Below are positions 36,031 through 48,300 of a stretch of DNA of 64,000 nucleotides, piece after piece; within the stretch, counting starts at the first letter, position 1, and every line of letters starts with the position of its first letter. The notes under the pieces were generated by a model. It ran no database searches. It saw only the letters and a program-made list of their open reading frames with translations, and was not told the DNA's origin. Made by a program: the position numbers and the translations under genes. Source of the stretch: Selaginella moellendorffii. Lineage: Eukaryota; Plantae; Lycopodiophyta. The stretch spans positions 895,370 through 959,369 of the forward strand of contig NW_003314285.1 in the NCBI RefSeq assembly GCF_000143415.4, in the 5' to 3' direction.

Positions 36031-36126
36031 TTCGCGCTGCGGTGTGCCATTCTCTAGAGTCGTTTCCAGAGGCGTTCTGTTTGATACAACGCTTGCAATC
36101 TCCCACGAGAATGCCGACCAGTTTGA
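36031..36126 (+). pseudogene. Pin-II-like peptide copy C, degenerate exon 3 only
   Basis: TTTTGTAG acceptor followed by an exon-3 homolog (GTGTGCCA...AGAGGCGTTCTGTTT...GCCGACCAGTTTGA) with Cys losses and deletions. Confidence 0.7.
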
Positions 36127-36261
36127 CATCCAGAACAAAATTGCTGAATAAAGAAGTGAGTTTGTGAAACCTCCTAAAGAACCCAAAGATCAAAAGACAA
36201 GGTGGATGCTGCTTGATATGTTTTTCTTTTATTACACCTGTATTTCACAAGTAGAAGAACT

Positions 36262-36379
36262 CGTGGTGCTGGTGGTTCTCTTGGGTATAATCTTGGCTTG
36301 ATCGTGAAGATTCCTTGTCGTTCTTGTTAATGTATCAGGCGTTGGGATGCAAGCTGAAGCTCCTGGACAGCGGGCGCTC
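36262..36379 (+). pseudogene. Pin-II-like peptide copy D, partial exon 1, intron 1 and exon 2
   Basis: GTGGTGCTGGTGGTTCTCTTGG/GTATAATC...CAG/GCGTTGGGATGCAAGCTGAAGCT...GGACAGCGGGCGCTC, very similar to copy B; no start codon or exon 3. Confidence 0.7.
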
Positions 36380-36414
36380 TATCTTAGTCATCGCTGCATT
36401 ACCTGAGCGAAGCA

Positions 36415-36870
36415 AGGATCATCAAGTCTCCACGGAGAAGCACCTGTTTGATACCAGGGGAAAGAGCGTCACACCGGACAACTGAGCACCGCACTGGAGA
36501 TGACTACGACTTTGAGGCCCGCCGAGAGCTTGCACCTGGAAGATAGCTTGGGTTACGGCAAAATCCTCGCACAGAACCGCTCTCAATTCATATCCTCGAG
36601 GGAGCAAAAACAGTATGAAGTTTTGGACCGGTGGATTGCCAAGCACAACGAAAGGCTGTTTTGCTTGCTGGGATACTCTATGGCGAGTGGATGCTGGCCA
36701 ATCACTCGATCCACTACACTAGGATACCGGACTACTTCATCGCATTCGACATCCTGGACGTTGAAATGGAGAGATTTTACAGCCAAGAGAGGTTTAATGC
36801 TGTGATCAAGCAAGCGAACGAGCTCGAGATAGAGAAGTCAATAGAAAAAGTTCTTCATGGCGGATGGGAT
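36415..36870 (+). pseudogene. RNA ligase (Rnl2-like nucleotidyltransferase) pseudogene fragment
   Basis: Across frameshifts: IIKSPR/KHLFD, KILAQNRSQFI...LDRWI, ILYGEWMLANHSIHYTRIPDYFIAFDILD. The catalytic KxDG motif is missing. Confidence 0.65.
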
Positions 36871-37139
36871 GCTGCTCAAGAGCAAGGCCAAGTGTGTCTT
36901 GTAACTCAGCATACAGGGTGTTGGAGTAGCAGGAATCAAGGAGAGGGTAGTAGAGAGCAACAGCAGGAATCTACTATGAGCGCATATAAGAGTGCCTGTA
37001 CATGCATTTGAAAGTGTTACTCTTTCCATCATGGGATCGGGTTTTCTGTCTTGGAGCTGATGGCACTTAGTATTTTTCAGCATGAAACGGCAGAATAGTA
37101 GTGATCCATCTTGTCGTTTATAGTGTAAGCATAGCAGTT

Positions 37140-39120
37140 TTTAGACAGATATGGGGAAAGGGAAGGAAGAAGCACTGAGCTCCAAGGTTCTCGATTATGG
37201 AGGCCAAGTTCCCAAAGAAGAAGATTCTGGGAGTGGTTACGGGATGCGAGCGAATGCCAGCAATTCTTCCCCCAGAAGAAGTCGCAAGGATGACTGTGGG
37301 GCAATATCAAGCTTACCAGAAGTGGCAGAGTATTTTGAGCAAGGTGATGTCACGGCTAGAGCTATGTTGATTGAGTGCGTTCGATCGGAGGACATAGGGA
37401 GTTTGGTGTGCACTTCAACATTTTTATTGTGAGCAGTCATGGGCTAGGGAGATGAGCATCTTCCAGAAAATGGTGAATTGTTGGCAGGGTCCTCATGAGA
37501 AGGCACAAAACTACATCGACTGGATGACAGTGTTCGGTGTCAAGCTGCAGAATATGAAGTCATCATTTTCTGCTGCAGTAGGAGCTCTCATGATTATTGG
37601 TCATAATGAGAAGTATGAAAGCCAAGATTGAGCTTCAAATGAATCATCTTTGACCAGGCTTGGATCAAGTCATTGCTAATATTCATCACTATGCCAGCCT
37701 CAATGACATCTTCTCAGAAAAAGATGTTGGTGAATCCAAGGACAAAGACATGCTGGGAGGACGTTCAACAAAAGGTGGAAAACAGGAAATAAACAAAATT
37801 TTTGTAAGCGCAAAGGACCAATAGCAAATCTGGCAACAATTGAAGAAAATGATAATCTTGATGGTACTTTGTTTTCTTAGAACTTATCTTTTGTCTCTGT
37901 AGATTATGCTGAGTCAGGCAAATGTCAAAGCAAGAGCTGGCTTCTGGATAGTGGAGCCACCCACCACATGATGTTTGATCGATCACTCTTCCAAAAGATA
38001 AGTTATAAGAAATTCTTTTACTCTGTGTGTACAGTTAGTAGAGAAGCTTTGTGAATAATAGCGTTTGGATCAACTTATTTACTTGAAATCTCTAATGTTT
38101 CATTTGTTCCAAAGTTAGCCAAGCATATGCTTTCAATTTCTCAACTTACAGAGCAAGGAGTCTACACATTTTTCTGTTGCATGGCTATAGACTTTATTTT
38201 CCATCGAACACAAATTGCTCAAGTGATGGCTAAGAATGAACTTTACTTCTGTTTCTCTTGATCATACTCTTAGTGTAAACATTACTATCTCGCAGTTATG
38301 ACACTTTTGTTTGGGATATACAGATATTAAATAGGTCAAGGAGACACCTCAAATGGATTGCAGAGTACTTGATCTAATGCACATAAACCATGATGTGTGT
38401 GAGTGTCTATGTGCAAAAATGAAGAAACCATTAAAGAAAGTTACAACTAGATTGAAATCAGTTTCAGATCTTGTTCATGTCCTGGTAGAATTGTTCAAAC
38501 AGGGCTTGATACTTTTGCATAGATTGCATGTTTTCTAGGTTAAGGATGTGAACATAATAGTACACATTTCCTTCTAACAAAAGCTGTATCAAATAAAACA
38601 TTGCATAGAGCTTATATATGTTTGGTTGTGTAGGTTTCATATATATATCAAATGAAGAATAGTGATATAAATGGGAAGAAATACCAGCATCCTCTATTTC
38701 ATCACAAACTCTAGAAACTCCACTCATTCCACACATGTTGTTAAGATGGTTTCCATTTATTTGGTTCTAATCACTTGGATTTTGATGGATATTAAGAACA
38801 CTTTTCTCAATAGGGAACTAAAGCAACCGGATTATATGTATCAGTGGAAAGGAACACTTTGTTTGTAAACTAACTATCTATCTATAGACAAAAGCAATCT
38901 GCAAGGATATGGTAGATTGCTTATGCTTGGTTTCATATGTGTAGAGGCTTATTGAAACCTATACTTTTATGTTCAAGACTCTTTGCTCATACTCATCTGT
39001 ATGTATGTGGACAAGTTATTAGAATCTATAGTAGTTAAAGGAAAAATTTCTTATACATTTTAAGGTGATGGATCTAGGTAAACTCTTTTTTTATTTATAC
39101 TTACAAATTGTAAGCAACTA
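37140..39120 (+). mobile_element. Decayed, internally deleted Ty1/copia retrotransposon
   Basis: Protease LLDSGATHHM near 37940, NVSFVPKLAKHMLSISQL, RT motifs MDIKNTFLNREL near 38785, YVDK and MDLG. No LTRs recognised; the 5' boundary is a guess. Confidence 0.8.
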
Positions 39121-39129
39121 ATTTTTCCA

Positions 39130-40110
39130 TTCTACCTTAATCATTTAACCACACTTCCGACTATTTAGAGGAGTTTCATTCACAACCTCCATAAGTCCTA
39201 TTTAGGACTTAGGGCTTGTTACCCCAAGTATAGCATTCATGCCACTCAACCTTTGCACTTGGTCCAAGTGCTCCACATGTTCAATCCCATGAGTGACACC
39301 CAAAAGTACCACTGACATATTAACCCGTTATGTTAAGGTTATACCTATTCACCTTTGTCACACTAGTGATTCAACATCATCTATATCATAATCTTGTCTC
39401 TCAAAGATTGGGCTATCCATCCATGAATGGTCATCCCAGAACCATTCCTTAGCATCTTTAGGATGCTTGCAGACATGGGGAATAGTTTTCCCCAATATCC
39501 CTTTTCAGTCCCTACCAAGTCTCTTTCTGGGTTGTGTTCATCAACACTGCCATTGGATCAAGGCCCACAGGCCCGACCACTAAGTCCTATTGTCCTTTGG
39601 AACTTCTTCACCATGTGACCATATCCTTGGTCACCACACCTGAAGATTATTCCTTTTCCTTTCCACAATCTGGGACTTTAGGACAACATTTTAGAACACT
39701 ATAGCCCTAAGCTTTATGGGTACTCTCCTCACCTTTCACCTTTGGGTGCTCTAGCCATGGGTTTAGAGTGAGGTTTCATTGAGCCATGCCAGGCATCTAA
39801 GTAGGTAGTGCCACCCACACTTGGATTGAAAGCATCGACCATTCAATTTCCCAGGAGAACTAAAGTTGGCTTTTGAAGACTTCACCAAGCTACCCCACTT
39901 GTCGGTCTGTATTCAATCTAACTTTGGACTTTCCAATAATTATCTTATCACCCAACACTTGGGTACAGCCTTCTTAGGCCAAACTAGCCTTTCCTAGCTT
40001 TCTTGGCCAAATTGGCTCCACTGGGGTCCAACCCCCACACTCTCCCTACTACACTTTTGGAACCCTTTGCAACCACTCTTTGGCGGACGATCGCTTTGGG
40101 CTTTCACCCA
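39130..40110 (-). mobile_element. Possible decayed gypsy-like gag-protease fragment
   Basis: Minus strand shows a degenerate knuckle (FRCGDQGYGHMVKK) followed by LSGMNAILG, like the protease C-terminal ILG motif; no intact ORF. Confidence 0.35.
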
Positions 40111-40129
40111 ATAGTCTGTATTAGTATTC

Positions 40130-40272
40130 AGACTCGGACTCCAACTTCGACTTAGACTCGGACTCAGTCTTGGTCTTGGTCTCGGATTCGAACTCGGACT
40201 CGGTCTCGATCTTGGTCTCAGTTTCGGTTTCGGTCTCGGTCTCGATTCCATCTCAAACTCCATCTCAAACTC
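40130..40272. repeat. Degenerate hexamer tandem repeat (GACTCG/GGTCTC/CTCCAT variants)
   Basis: Visible 6-bp periodicity over about 140 bp. Confidence 0.8.
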
Positions 40273-41532
40273 ATTATAAGGATTCATCAATAGAAATATA
40301 TCACTAAGAATATAGAAATCTTTTCTTTTTCTTTATCCTCAATTTGGATGGCCTCCTTAATTTCTAGAAATATAAAAACAAAAAGAAGCTTAGAAAGAGA
40401 GATTTAAACTTTCATTTTAAAAACATATTTATTTCCTCTATAGTGTGAATAAATTTTGATTTTAAAACCTTATTCTTATAATACAAAGATTTTAGATAAC
40501 TATATTTTTTCATAATGTCACTCTATAGTGTGCTCTATGCTGTTAGGTTGCCCTTCTTTTATGAAGTTCAAGCCATGGTTCTCTACACCAATAGTGATCT
40601 TTTATATGAGTAAGCAAGAAATCGCTATTGTGTTATAATTTTTTATTTTATAAAAAATAGTTATAAAAAATAGAAAAGGCTTGTCATTTATATATTTAAA
40701 TATATACATATAAAACTATTTATGAAACATTAAAATTGGACATCTATGGTGTATATCTGACTTTTAAATAATAAAATATAAAAAATTGATTTGTTTTAAT
40801 ATTTTCTTCATTTATAAAAAATTAAGTTTAAATAAATGTTTTGTATTAGTTTATATATCAATATTTAATGGGGCCTTAGAAATGTAAACCTATGAATTTA
40901 TAAATTTTAAGTTTAATAAAATTTAACCAATATTTTAAATGGATTAAATTATGCAATATATAAATATTAGTTGGAAATTGTAAGATTTACTAAAATAATT
41001 AATTTCCATATACAATAACTTCATTTAGGAAGGCAATTTTTACTAATATTATTATAGTTTGTTTAAAATTTAAAATAAAAAATTTTTATTTAATAAATTT
41101 AAATTTGTTCATAAAATTTTACCTAATTTTTTAGTACATCAGTTTTTAATTTAATTATGAAATATACTAAGTAGCAATAAACTTTATGTTATTGAAACTA
41201 CTTTCTTAACTTAAATGTAAAAAAGTAAAATAAAATAATCTTCTAAAACTTTTATTATCTAATTTGGTTTGTGTTGTTAAAAAATTATTTAAACTTGTTT
41301 TCATATTATTTTTTTAATATGAAAACCTTATTTTCTTACCTTTACCTTTTTTTTTTCTTAGCGAGTCAAGTTCGACTCCCTCTCGCGGTCGACCACAAGA
41401 TAAGCTGGAATTTGTAAGCCGTCGGATCGCTATCCCGCTCTGGTCTTGACGGTCAGGATCTCTCGAGCCAGGATACTCCAATCAAATCCCCTGTTTGTAG
41501 AGAAAGAGCGCACGCCCAGGAGGAGCATAGCT

Positions 41533-42504
41533 ATGGCGTCGGCTCTTGCTGCCTCGTCCTTCACGGGCTGTGGCGTCCGCGATCTCGTGGGCTATGCCGC
41601 TGCCTCGTCGACATCACAGGTCGCGTCACGGAGCAGCGGCATTGTAGCGCGATTTGGACTCGGGAAGAAGAAGGGTACCAAGAAGGTGACCAAGAAATCC
41701 TCCTCGTCGGGCGATGCAAATCGCCCGCTGTGGTTTCCGGGGGCGAAATGCCCAGACTACCTCGACGGATCGCTGGTGGGCGACTATGGATTCGATCCAC
41801 TTGGACTTGGTAAGCCCCCAACCTATCTCCAATTCGATGTGGATTCGCTGGATTCGAGCCTCGCCAAGAACATGCCTGGCGAGCTCCTGGGCGAGCGTGT
41901 CGAGGATCTGTCGACAATCCGGGCCACTCCCCTCCAGCCTTACACGGAGATCTTTGGACTCCAGAGGTTCCGCGAGTGCGAGCTCATCCATGGCCGCTGG
42001 GCAATGCTTGCGACCCTTGGCGCGATCGCGGTGGAGACTTTCACTGGCGTTACTTGGCAAGATGCTGGCAAGGTAAGCTCCGAGTCTCTATCCTCTTTCG
42101 CCATTGGATGATCATCTAATTGCTCCTGGACGGATGAAATGCAGGTGGAATTGGACCAAGGGCCCAGCTACTTTGGATTCTCTCTGCCATTCACCATCAC
42201 CGCGCTGGTGTGGATCGAAGTCCTGGTGATTGGATTCATTGAATTCCAAAGAAACACGGAGCTCGATCCAGAGAAGCGGCTGTATCCTGGCGGGAGCTAC
42301 TTTGATCCGCTTGGGCTGGCGGCGGATCCCGAGAGGAAGGAGGTGCTAAAGCTGGCGGAGATCAAGCACGCGAGGCTGGCGATGGTGGCGGCGTTTGGAT
42401 TCGCTGTGCAAGCGGCAGCCACGGGCAAGGGGCCACTCGACAATTGGGTCACTCACTTGAGCGATCCCCTTCACACCACCATCATCGACACCTTCTCCAA
42501 GTAG
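41533..42504 (+). CDS. LHCB4: Light-harvesting chlorophyll a/b protein CP29
   Basis: Exons 41533-42072 and 42145-42504; [32 protein letters not shown]29-specific insert, [38 protein letters not shown]. Confidence 0.97.
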
Positions 42505-42651
42505 AAATCTTTCAATAAAGAGTGAGAAAGAAGACTGGTATAGCTCGCTCTTCCTTTGGCTAATCGAATCGACCAAGACCAATCAATCGAAAGGAAGATA
42601 AAAGAACGTTTGTGAAAATGTTAACAATTATTAAACTTAATGCTTATATCA

Positions 42652-44760
42652 TTAAATGCTAAGAAGATTTGAAATTTGATTTGTCAGGAAGAGCTTAGTA
42701 ATTAGATCGTGCCCGGCAGCGTCCCGGTGATCCAGCTTCATGAGAGATTGGAATGCATCGCGGGCGATTTCTCGGTTCCTCCACTTCCCACACGCACTCA
42801 GCAGTGTTCTCCACGTCACTGCATTGGGCTCGAATGGCATCGACTGGATCATCGCCACGGCCTCACTGATGCGATTGGAGCGGCCCAGGAGATCGATCAC
42901 GCAGTGGTAGTGCTCAATCCCAACCTGAATTCCACTACCAGCCGAGATCATTGCCTCGAAAATTTTCTTCCCTTGATCAACCAGCCCCGTATGGTTGCAT
43001 AGCGTGAGAATCGAAAGGAGGGTCACACTATCCGGCGCCAATCCCTCAGAGCCCATCTGGAAGAAGAGCTCAAACGCGCGAATCACGTCGCCGTGGCGGG
43101 CATAGCCACCAATGAGTGCGTTCCACGTCACTGGATTTCTTTTGCACGAGTCAAAGATTCTCCTGGCATCTTTCAAGTCGCCGGCCTTTGCATAGCAGTC
43201 AACCAGGGCCGTCTCGAGCGCGTCGTCCCATTGACCACATTGACCGTGGATCATTCCTTGCCGGCAAGCTTCGCCATGGATCGATCGCAAAGGGCTTCTG
43301 GCAATGCTGCCACAAGCCTTGATCGCCGCGAGAAATATTGATTCGCGGAAGGTCTCTCCCCCTTGATCCCCAAGTTCTTGGAGCTTCCAAAAGAGTTCCA
43401 CTGCGATCTCTCCCTCGCCACTCTCAGCGTATCCCAGCAAGAGCGAGGTCCACAGTACAGCAGCGTCGTCGATGGAGCTTCCATGGATTGGAATTCGATC
43501 GAAGACACTCCGTGCATCGATCATACTCCCACATTTGGAGTACATGTCGATCAAGCTGCTAGCTAGAAGCGAATCTATAAGTTCCACCCCTCCGCCACTC
43601 CTGCGGACGATCAGGGAGTGAACTGCGAGTCCTCGCTTGAGGCTACCGATCTTGACGTTCTTGGCTGAGATTTCCTGGCCGGCTTCTTTCACAGCAAGGC
43701 TCGAGCAGGCTCTTACGGCAGCAGCGAATGTGAGTCGATCCGGCGAGCACGTCATAAGCTCGAGTAGATCGAGAGCGCATTTTTCTTCGTGGTTTTGAGC
43801 GTAGGCCATAAGTAGCGCGTTCCAGGAGACGACATCGTGGCTGTGCATTCGATCGAAGATCCGGCGAGCATCGATCAAGCTCCCACAGCTCGAGTACATG
43901 TCGATCAGTGTGCTAGCCAGGAAGAGATTGGAGCAGCAGTCCAAGCCGAAGTTGAGTGCTTTAGCATGCAAAGCCATGCCAGTTTCCAAAAACTTACAAG
44001 AGCTCCGTCCTTCCTCATGAGACTCTCGTGCTACTCGAGCACAAGCCTTGAAACCAACCACAAAAGTTCGATCGTCAACCATGGATGATCTCTCTTGAGT
44101 GATTTTTGAGAAGAGATCCAGAGCGACTTGACTTTGAGAGCCCATGATGTAACCCAGAAGCAATATGTTCCATGGATAAATCCCATGTGCTGGCATTTTT
44201 TCGAAAGCTCTCTTAGCATCCACTATAGAGCAAGAACTCTCGCGAGTAAGTGCATTGAGAAATGCAGTCCAAGTGACAAAATCTCGCTGAGGCATCTCGT
44301 CAAAAAGCTTTTGTACCTGTTGTATACAATGCCCGGGCGCGGCAACTGCATTCATTATTGACCCCCACGAAACGACACTCCTTTCCGGAATTTTCTTGAA
44401 GACAAGCAGAGCGGTTTCAACGGTTCCATATTTTGCGCACGCAGTTAGAAGTTTGTTCCACGAGGATACGTCTTTCTGTCCCATTCTAGTGAACAAGTTC
44501 CAAACATCACACAAACACCCGTTCTGGGCATAGGCTTTGAGCATTATGTTCCACGAGAAGAGGTCGGGGTTTATGATCCCGTGGAAAACTTGGGCTGCAT
44601 TTTGGATGCTCCCACAGTTTCCATACATTTCTATGAGCTTGTTAGCTAGGAACCTACTGCATTGATGCTCTGTTTGCAGAATTTGTATGTGAATTCTTTT
44701 GCCAGTTTTTAGAGAGTGGCATTGTTTGAGAGATTGAGCAAAATCACTTATAGATGGCAT
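42652..44760 (-). CDS. PLS-class pentatricopeptide repeat protein with truncated E domain and no DYW
   Basis: Intronless; repeats LIDMYSSCGSLIDARRIFDRM..DVVSWNALL, HTGLVDQGKKIF, EHYHCVIDLLGRS, MPFEPNAVTWRTLLSAC. First ATG at 44760. Confidence 0.93.
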   Translation of the reverse strand: MPSISDFAQSLKQCHSLKTGKRIHIQILQTEHQCSRFLANKLIEMYGNCGSIQNAAQVFHGIINPDLFSWNIMLKAYAQNGCLCDVWNLFTRMGQKDVSSWNKLLTACAKYGTVETALLVFKKIPERSVVSWGSIMNAVAAPGHCIQQVQKLFDEMPQRDFVTWTAFLNALTRESSCSIVDAKRAFEKMPAHGIYPWNILLLGYIMGSQSQVALDLFSKITQERSSMVDDRTFVVGFKACARVARESHEEGRSSCKFLETGMALHAKALNFGLDCCSNLFLASTLIDMYSSCGSLIDARRIFDRMHSHDVVSWNALLMAYAQNHEEKCALDLLELMTCSPDRLTFAAAVRACSSLAVKEAGQEISAKNVKIGSLKRGLAVHSLIVRRSGGGVELIDSLLASSLIDMYSKCGSMIDARSVFDRIPIHGSSIDDAAVLWTSLLLGYAESGEGEIAVELFWKLQELGDQGGETFRESIFLAAIKACGSIARSPLRSIHGEACRQGMIHGQCGQWDDALETALVDCYAKAGDLKDARRIFDSCKRNPVTWNALIGGYARHGDVIRAFELFFQMGSEGLAPDSVTLLSILTLCNHTGLVDQGKKIFEAMISAGSGIQVGIEHYHCVIDLLGRSNRISEAVAMIQSMPFEPNAVTWRTLLSACGKWRNREIARDAFQSLMKLDHRDAAGHDLITKLFLTNQISNLLSI

Positions 44761-45150
44761 TAGTGAGCTGATATGAAAGAATAATGAGGAGTCACCATCA
44801 TAAACAACCTTCGTTAAAGTTTGGAGAGAAAAGATCAATCCTAGTAAGGCACAAACAAGAGTGTAAATATAATCATAAAAAAAAAATGTTTTAATTTTTT
44901 TTATTTATGAATGTTCAAAAAAAGTTACCATATTTATCATTTTCTTATAAATAATATATACTTGAGGTATCAAGCAAAAAAAGTAATTATCTGCACTTCA
45001 TGGATCAAAAAGTATAGCTATAAAATTCAAAAAAACTGATTATATACTTAAAGTGTTCATTTAGTGATGGAGATTAACTCTCAATTATATAAAACTCTAA
45101 ATGTATAGCCTTAATGTTCATTTATATATTTAAAGTATTAAATATTTTCA

Positions 45151-45324
45151 TGTGAGTGCATGGAATATGGAAAGGGAATACAGAAATGTGCATATCAATT
45201 AACCCAAAAACCCTAGCTTATATACAGGAGCGAATGGTCCGGATTGAAACCAATCCGACGGCTACCAAAATCCACTACGCTAATATTAGTATACGGCATC
45301 GTAGCCGTACACTTGGCCCTCACA
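45151..45324 (-). repeat. 3' LTR (174 bp)
   Basis: TGTGAG...CTCACA termini; preceded on the minus strand by PPT GAGAGGAGGGGATGA (45325-45339). Confidence 0.97.
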
Positions 45325-45356
45325 TCATCCCCTCCTCTCGGAATAATGGAAGGCCA

Positions 45357-48300
45357 TCAGGGTTCTCTTGTAGATAGGCTGGGATCTGGAGGAACGTCAG
45401 GAGGAGGCATCGGTGGATCTGTAGATGGTATTAACTGCTCCTGATCCCTCTGTATGAAGCGTTTTAACCGCTGCACATGCACAATCTCCGGAGGATCAGC
45501 CTGCTGAACGTCATGCCGAACCTCATAAACTTGTGGTCCAACTTGCCGCAACACCCGATACGGTCCTTTCCACTTCGCAAGGAGCCCCTTAGATAAACCA
45601 CGTACCGTAAGATGGGGAAAATGGACTAACACCAAATCATCCACTTTGTACTCCGCTGGTGGACGATGATGGGAATTGTAGCGTCGTTGTTGTCCCACTT
45701 GTACGCGGCCTAAGTGTTCAGCAGACTCTGCTCGGACAAGTGGAAGAATGCTTGTCAAATATTGATCCCATGACCTAGCATCAGGAGCTCGTGGCAATCG
45801 CGAAGGTAAACCTAGCTCTGTTGGTAATATTGGATCATGACCATATAGAAGTTTATATGGTGAAGCACCAACAGAACTCTGCACCCCTGTGACATAAGCA
45901 TACCGAAGAGACGGCAAATAACCATCCCAATCCCAATGTTGATAGTTCACATACTTCGCAATCATCCCTTTGAATGTCCGAACGAGCCGTTCCACCAGAC
46001 CGTCTGATTGTGGATGATAAGCACTCGTAAAAGTGTGGCGTATCCCCAACCGAGATGTCAAAACATGAAATACCTCAGCCATAAATGCAGGACCATTATC
46101 CGAAAGAATCCGTTCTGGACAAGAATGCTGGAACACCACTCGATTGAGGAGGAAGTATCCAACAGCAGTTGCAGAGGCACTAACAAGAGCACCAACTTCC
46201 ACCCAACGAGTCAAGTAGTCAGAAGCAATAATAACATACTCATTGCCAGCAGTCGATCGTGGAAAAGGTCCCATAAGATCAAACGCCACCAACTCAAACG
46301 GACAAGAAACTGCAATTGACTCCAACCGTCCTTCTGCAGCACAAGGGGGAGTATTACGAGCTTGGCACCAAACGCAGCTACGCACATACTGGATAATATC
46401 ACGTCGCATCTCTGGCCAATAGAAAGATCTGCGCAGCTTCTCGTTGACACGACGGTGTCCCATATGCCCACCTAGAATAGGAGAATCATGGTAGGCATGG
46501 AGAAACCGCGGAATAAACACCGAAGGCACCACCAGCCGTAAATGAGCATCAGGATCCGTCCCCACAAAATAAAGAAGGCCATCTTCAAGGCGATATTGAG
46601 AATGTAAATGCCGAAAAGGCAAGTCATCAGCAAGTGATGCAGGATTCTCAAACCCATCTCGAAGCCTTCGAATCCACGGCTCAATCTTTTGAGCCTCGCG
46701 AACCTCATCCAGAGAAGGTAGATCTTGCTCTACGCCCTGTGGACACTGAACGTCAAGGACAGCAACCGCCGACGGCACAGAATCCTCATCTAGAAAATCC
46801 ACAGATGCTGGAACAACAGGTTCTTCAGAAACATGAGAAGTGAGTGGAGAAGGAAGAGGAGCTCGAGAAAGGGCATCAGCATCAGCCATAGAACTCCCTG
46901 GGCGATGAACAACATTGAAATCATATATCTGAAGCTTCAAAGCCCATCGAGCCGTACGACCAACCAGGTTCTTCCGCTTCAATAATGAAGTAACAGCAGC
47001 ATGGTCACCTTCAAGTAACGTCCGAGAACCATGTAGATAAGCATGAAGTTTCTCGAAACCCCAGACTGCTGCTAAACACTCCTTCTCTGTCGTGGAGTAG
47101 TTCATGTCCGCTGGTTGTAATGTACGGCTTATGTATGCAATGGGATGGCACTGACCAGGCACACTCGAGCTCTCTTGCATCAACACAGCTCCAAGACCAA
47201 TGTCAGAACCATCCACGCGCAAAATAAAAGGTCGAGTGTAGTCAGGATATGCCAAAACCGGAGGAGTCGTCAATAGCTCTTTGAGATTCACGAACGCCCG
47301 CTCACAATCAGGAGACCAGATGAAAGATGACGTTGATGACTTCAGCAACGCTCGCAATGGTAAAGTGCGATCGGAAAGATGATCCACAAAACGACCGAGA
47401 TACTGCACCTTACCCAAAAAGCACTGCACATCATTCACACACTTCGGAGTAGGGAACTTTAGAACAGCCACAAGTTTGTCAGGATCAACTTGCAAACCCT
47501 CACGAGAAATACGGTACCCAAGATAAGTTGTGTCCTTGGACCCAAACACGCACTTCGACCGCTTCAGCTTTAAACCAACGTCGCGTAGCCGATCCAACAC
47601 TTTACAAACATCACAAACATGCTCCTCCCACGTCCCCTCCGAGTGGATCAAGACATCATCAATGAAGTCAGCCGTCACCTCCGGCATATCGCAAAGAACC
47701 TCGCCCATCATCCGCTGAAAAGTTGCTGGAGCATTGTTCAAACCAAACGGCATCACCAAAAACTCGTACAAACCAAATGGTGTACGAAAAGCAGTCTTAG
47801 GAATATCGTCTTCAGCCATCGGTACTTCCCAATACCCAGAAGCAAGATCTAGATTGGTGAACCAACAACTTCGCCCCAGACGATCCAAGAGATCAGCAGT
47901 GTGAGGAAGAGGGTACACGTCCGGGATCGTCACTTCATTTAACGGACGATAGTCAATACAGAAACGAATACTCCCATCAGGCTTCGTCACAAGATGAGGT
48001 TTACATGCCCAAGGACTCTGCGACTTCCGAATAACACTCTTATCCAACATCTCCTTGACGTTTGCACGTAAAATCTTAATCTCCTTGGGTGACTGACGAC
48101 GAACAGGAACCTTGATTGGACGAGCATCCCCAGTTGGAATGGGATGACGTGTGGCAATCTTGGCCCCAGACGATAGGTCAAATTCAAAGAGATCAGAATA
48201 CTCCTTCATGAGCTGGTCAACAGCTGCAACACAAAGATCATCGGAGGGATCGGATAAGGGAAGAGCAGAACAAGATGGAAACACAAGAGGAAATAATGGG

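Noticed and set aside
34790-36380. Repeated blocks as a CRISPR-like or satellite array
   Set aside because: They are paralogous exons of a eukaryotic gene family with irregular spacing.
39994-40290. 98-aa RP/SP-rich ORF
   Set aside because: Product of a hexamer tandem repeat next to TE debris.
45156-45377. 73-74 aa ORFs in both LTRs
   Set aside because: Incidental antisense frames, duplicated only because the LTRs are.
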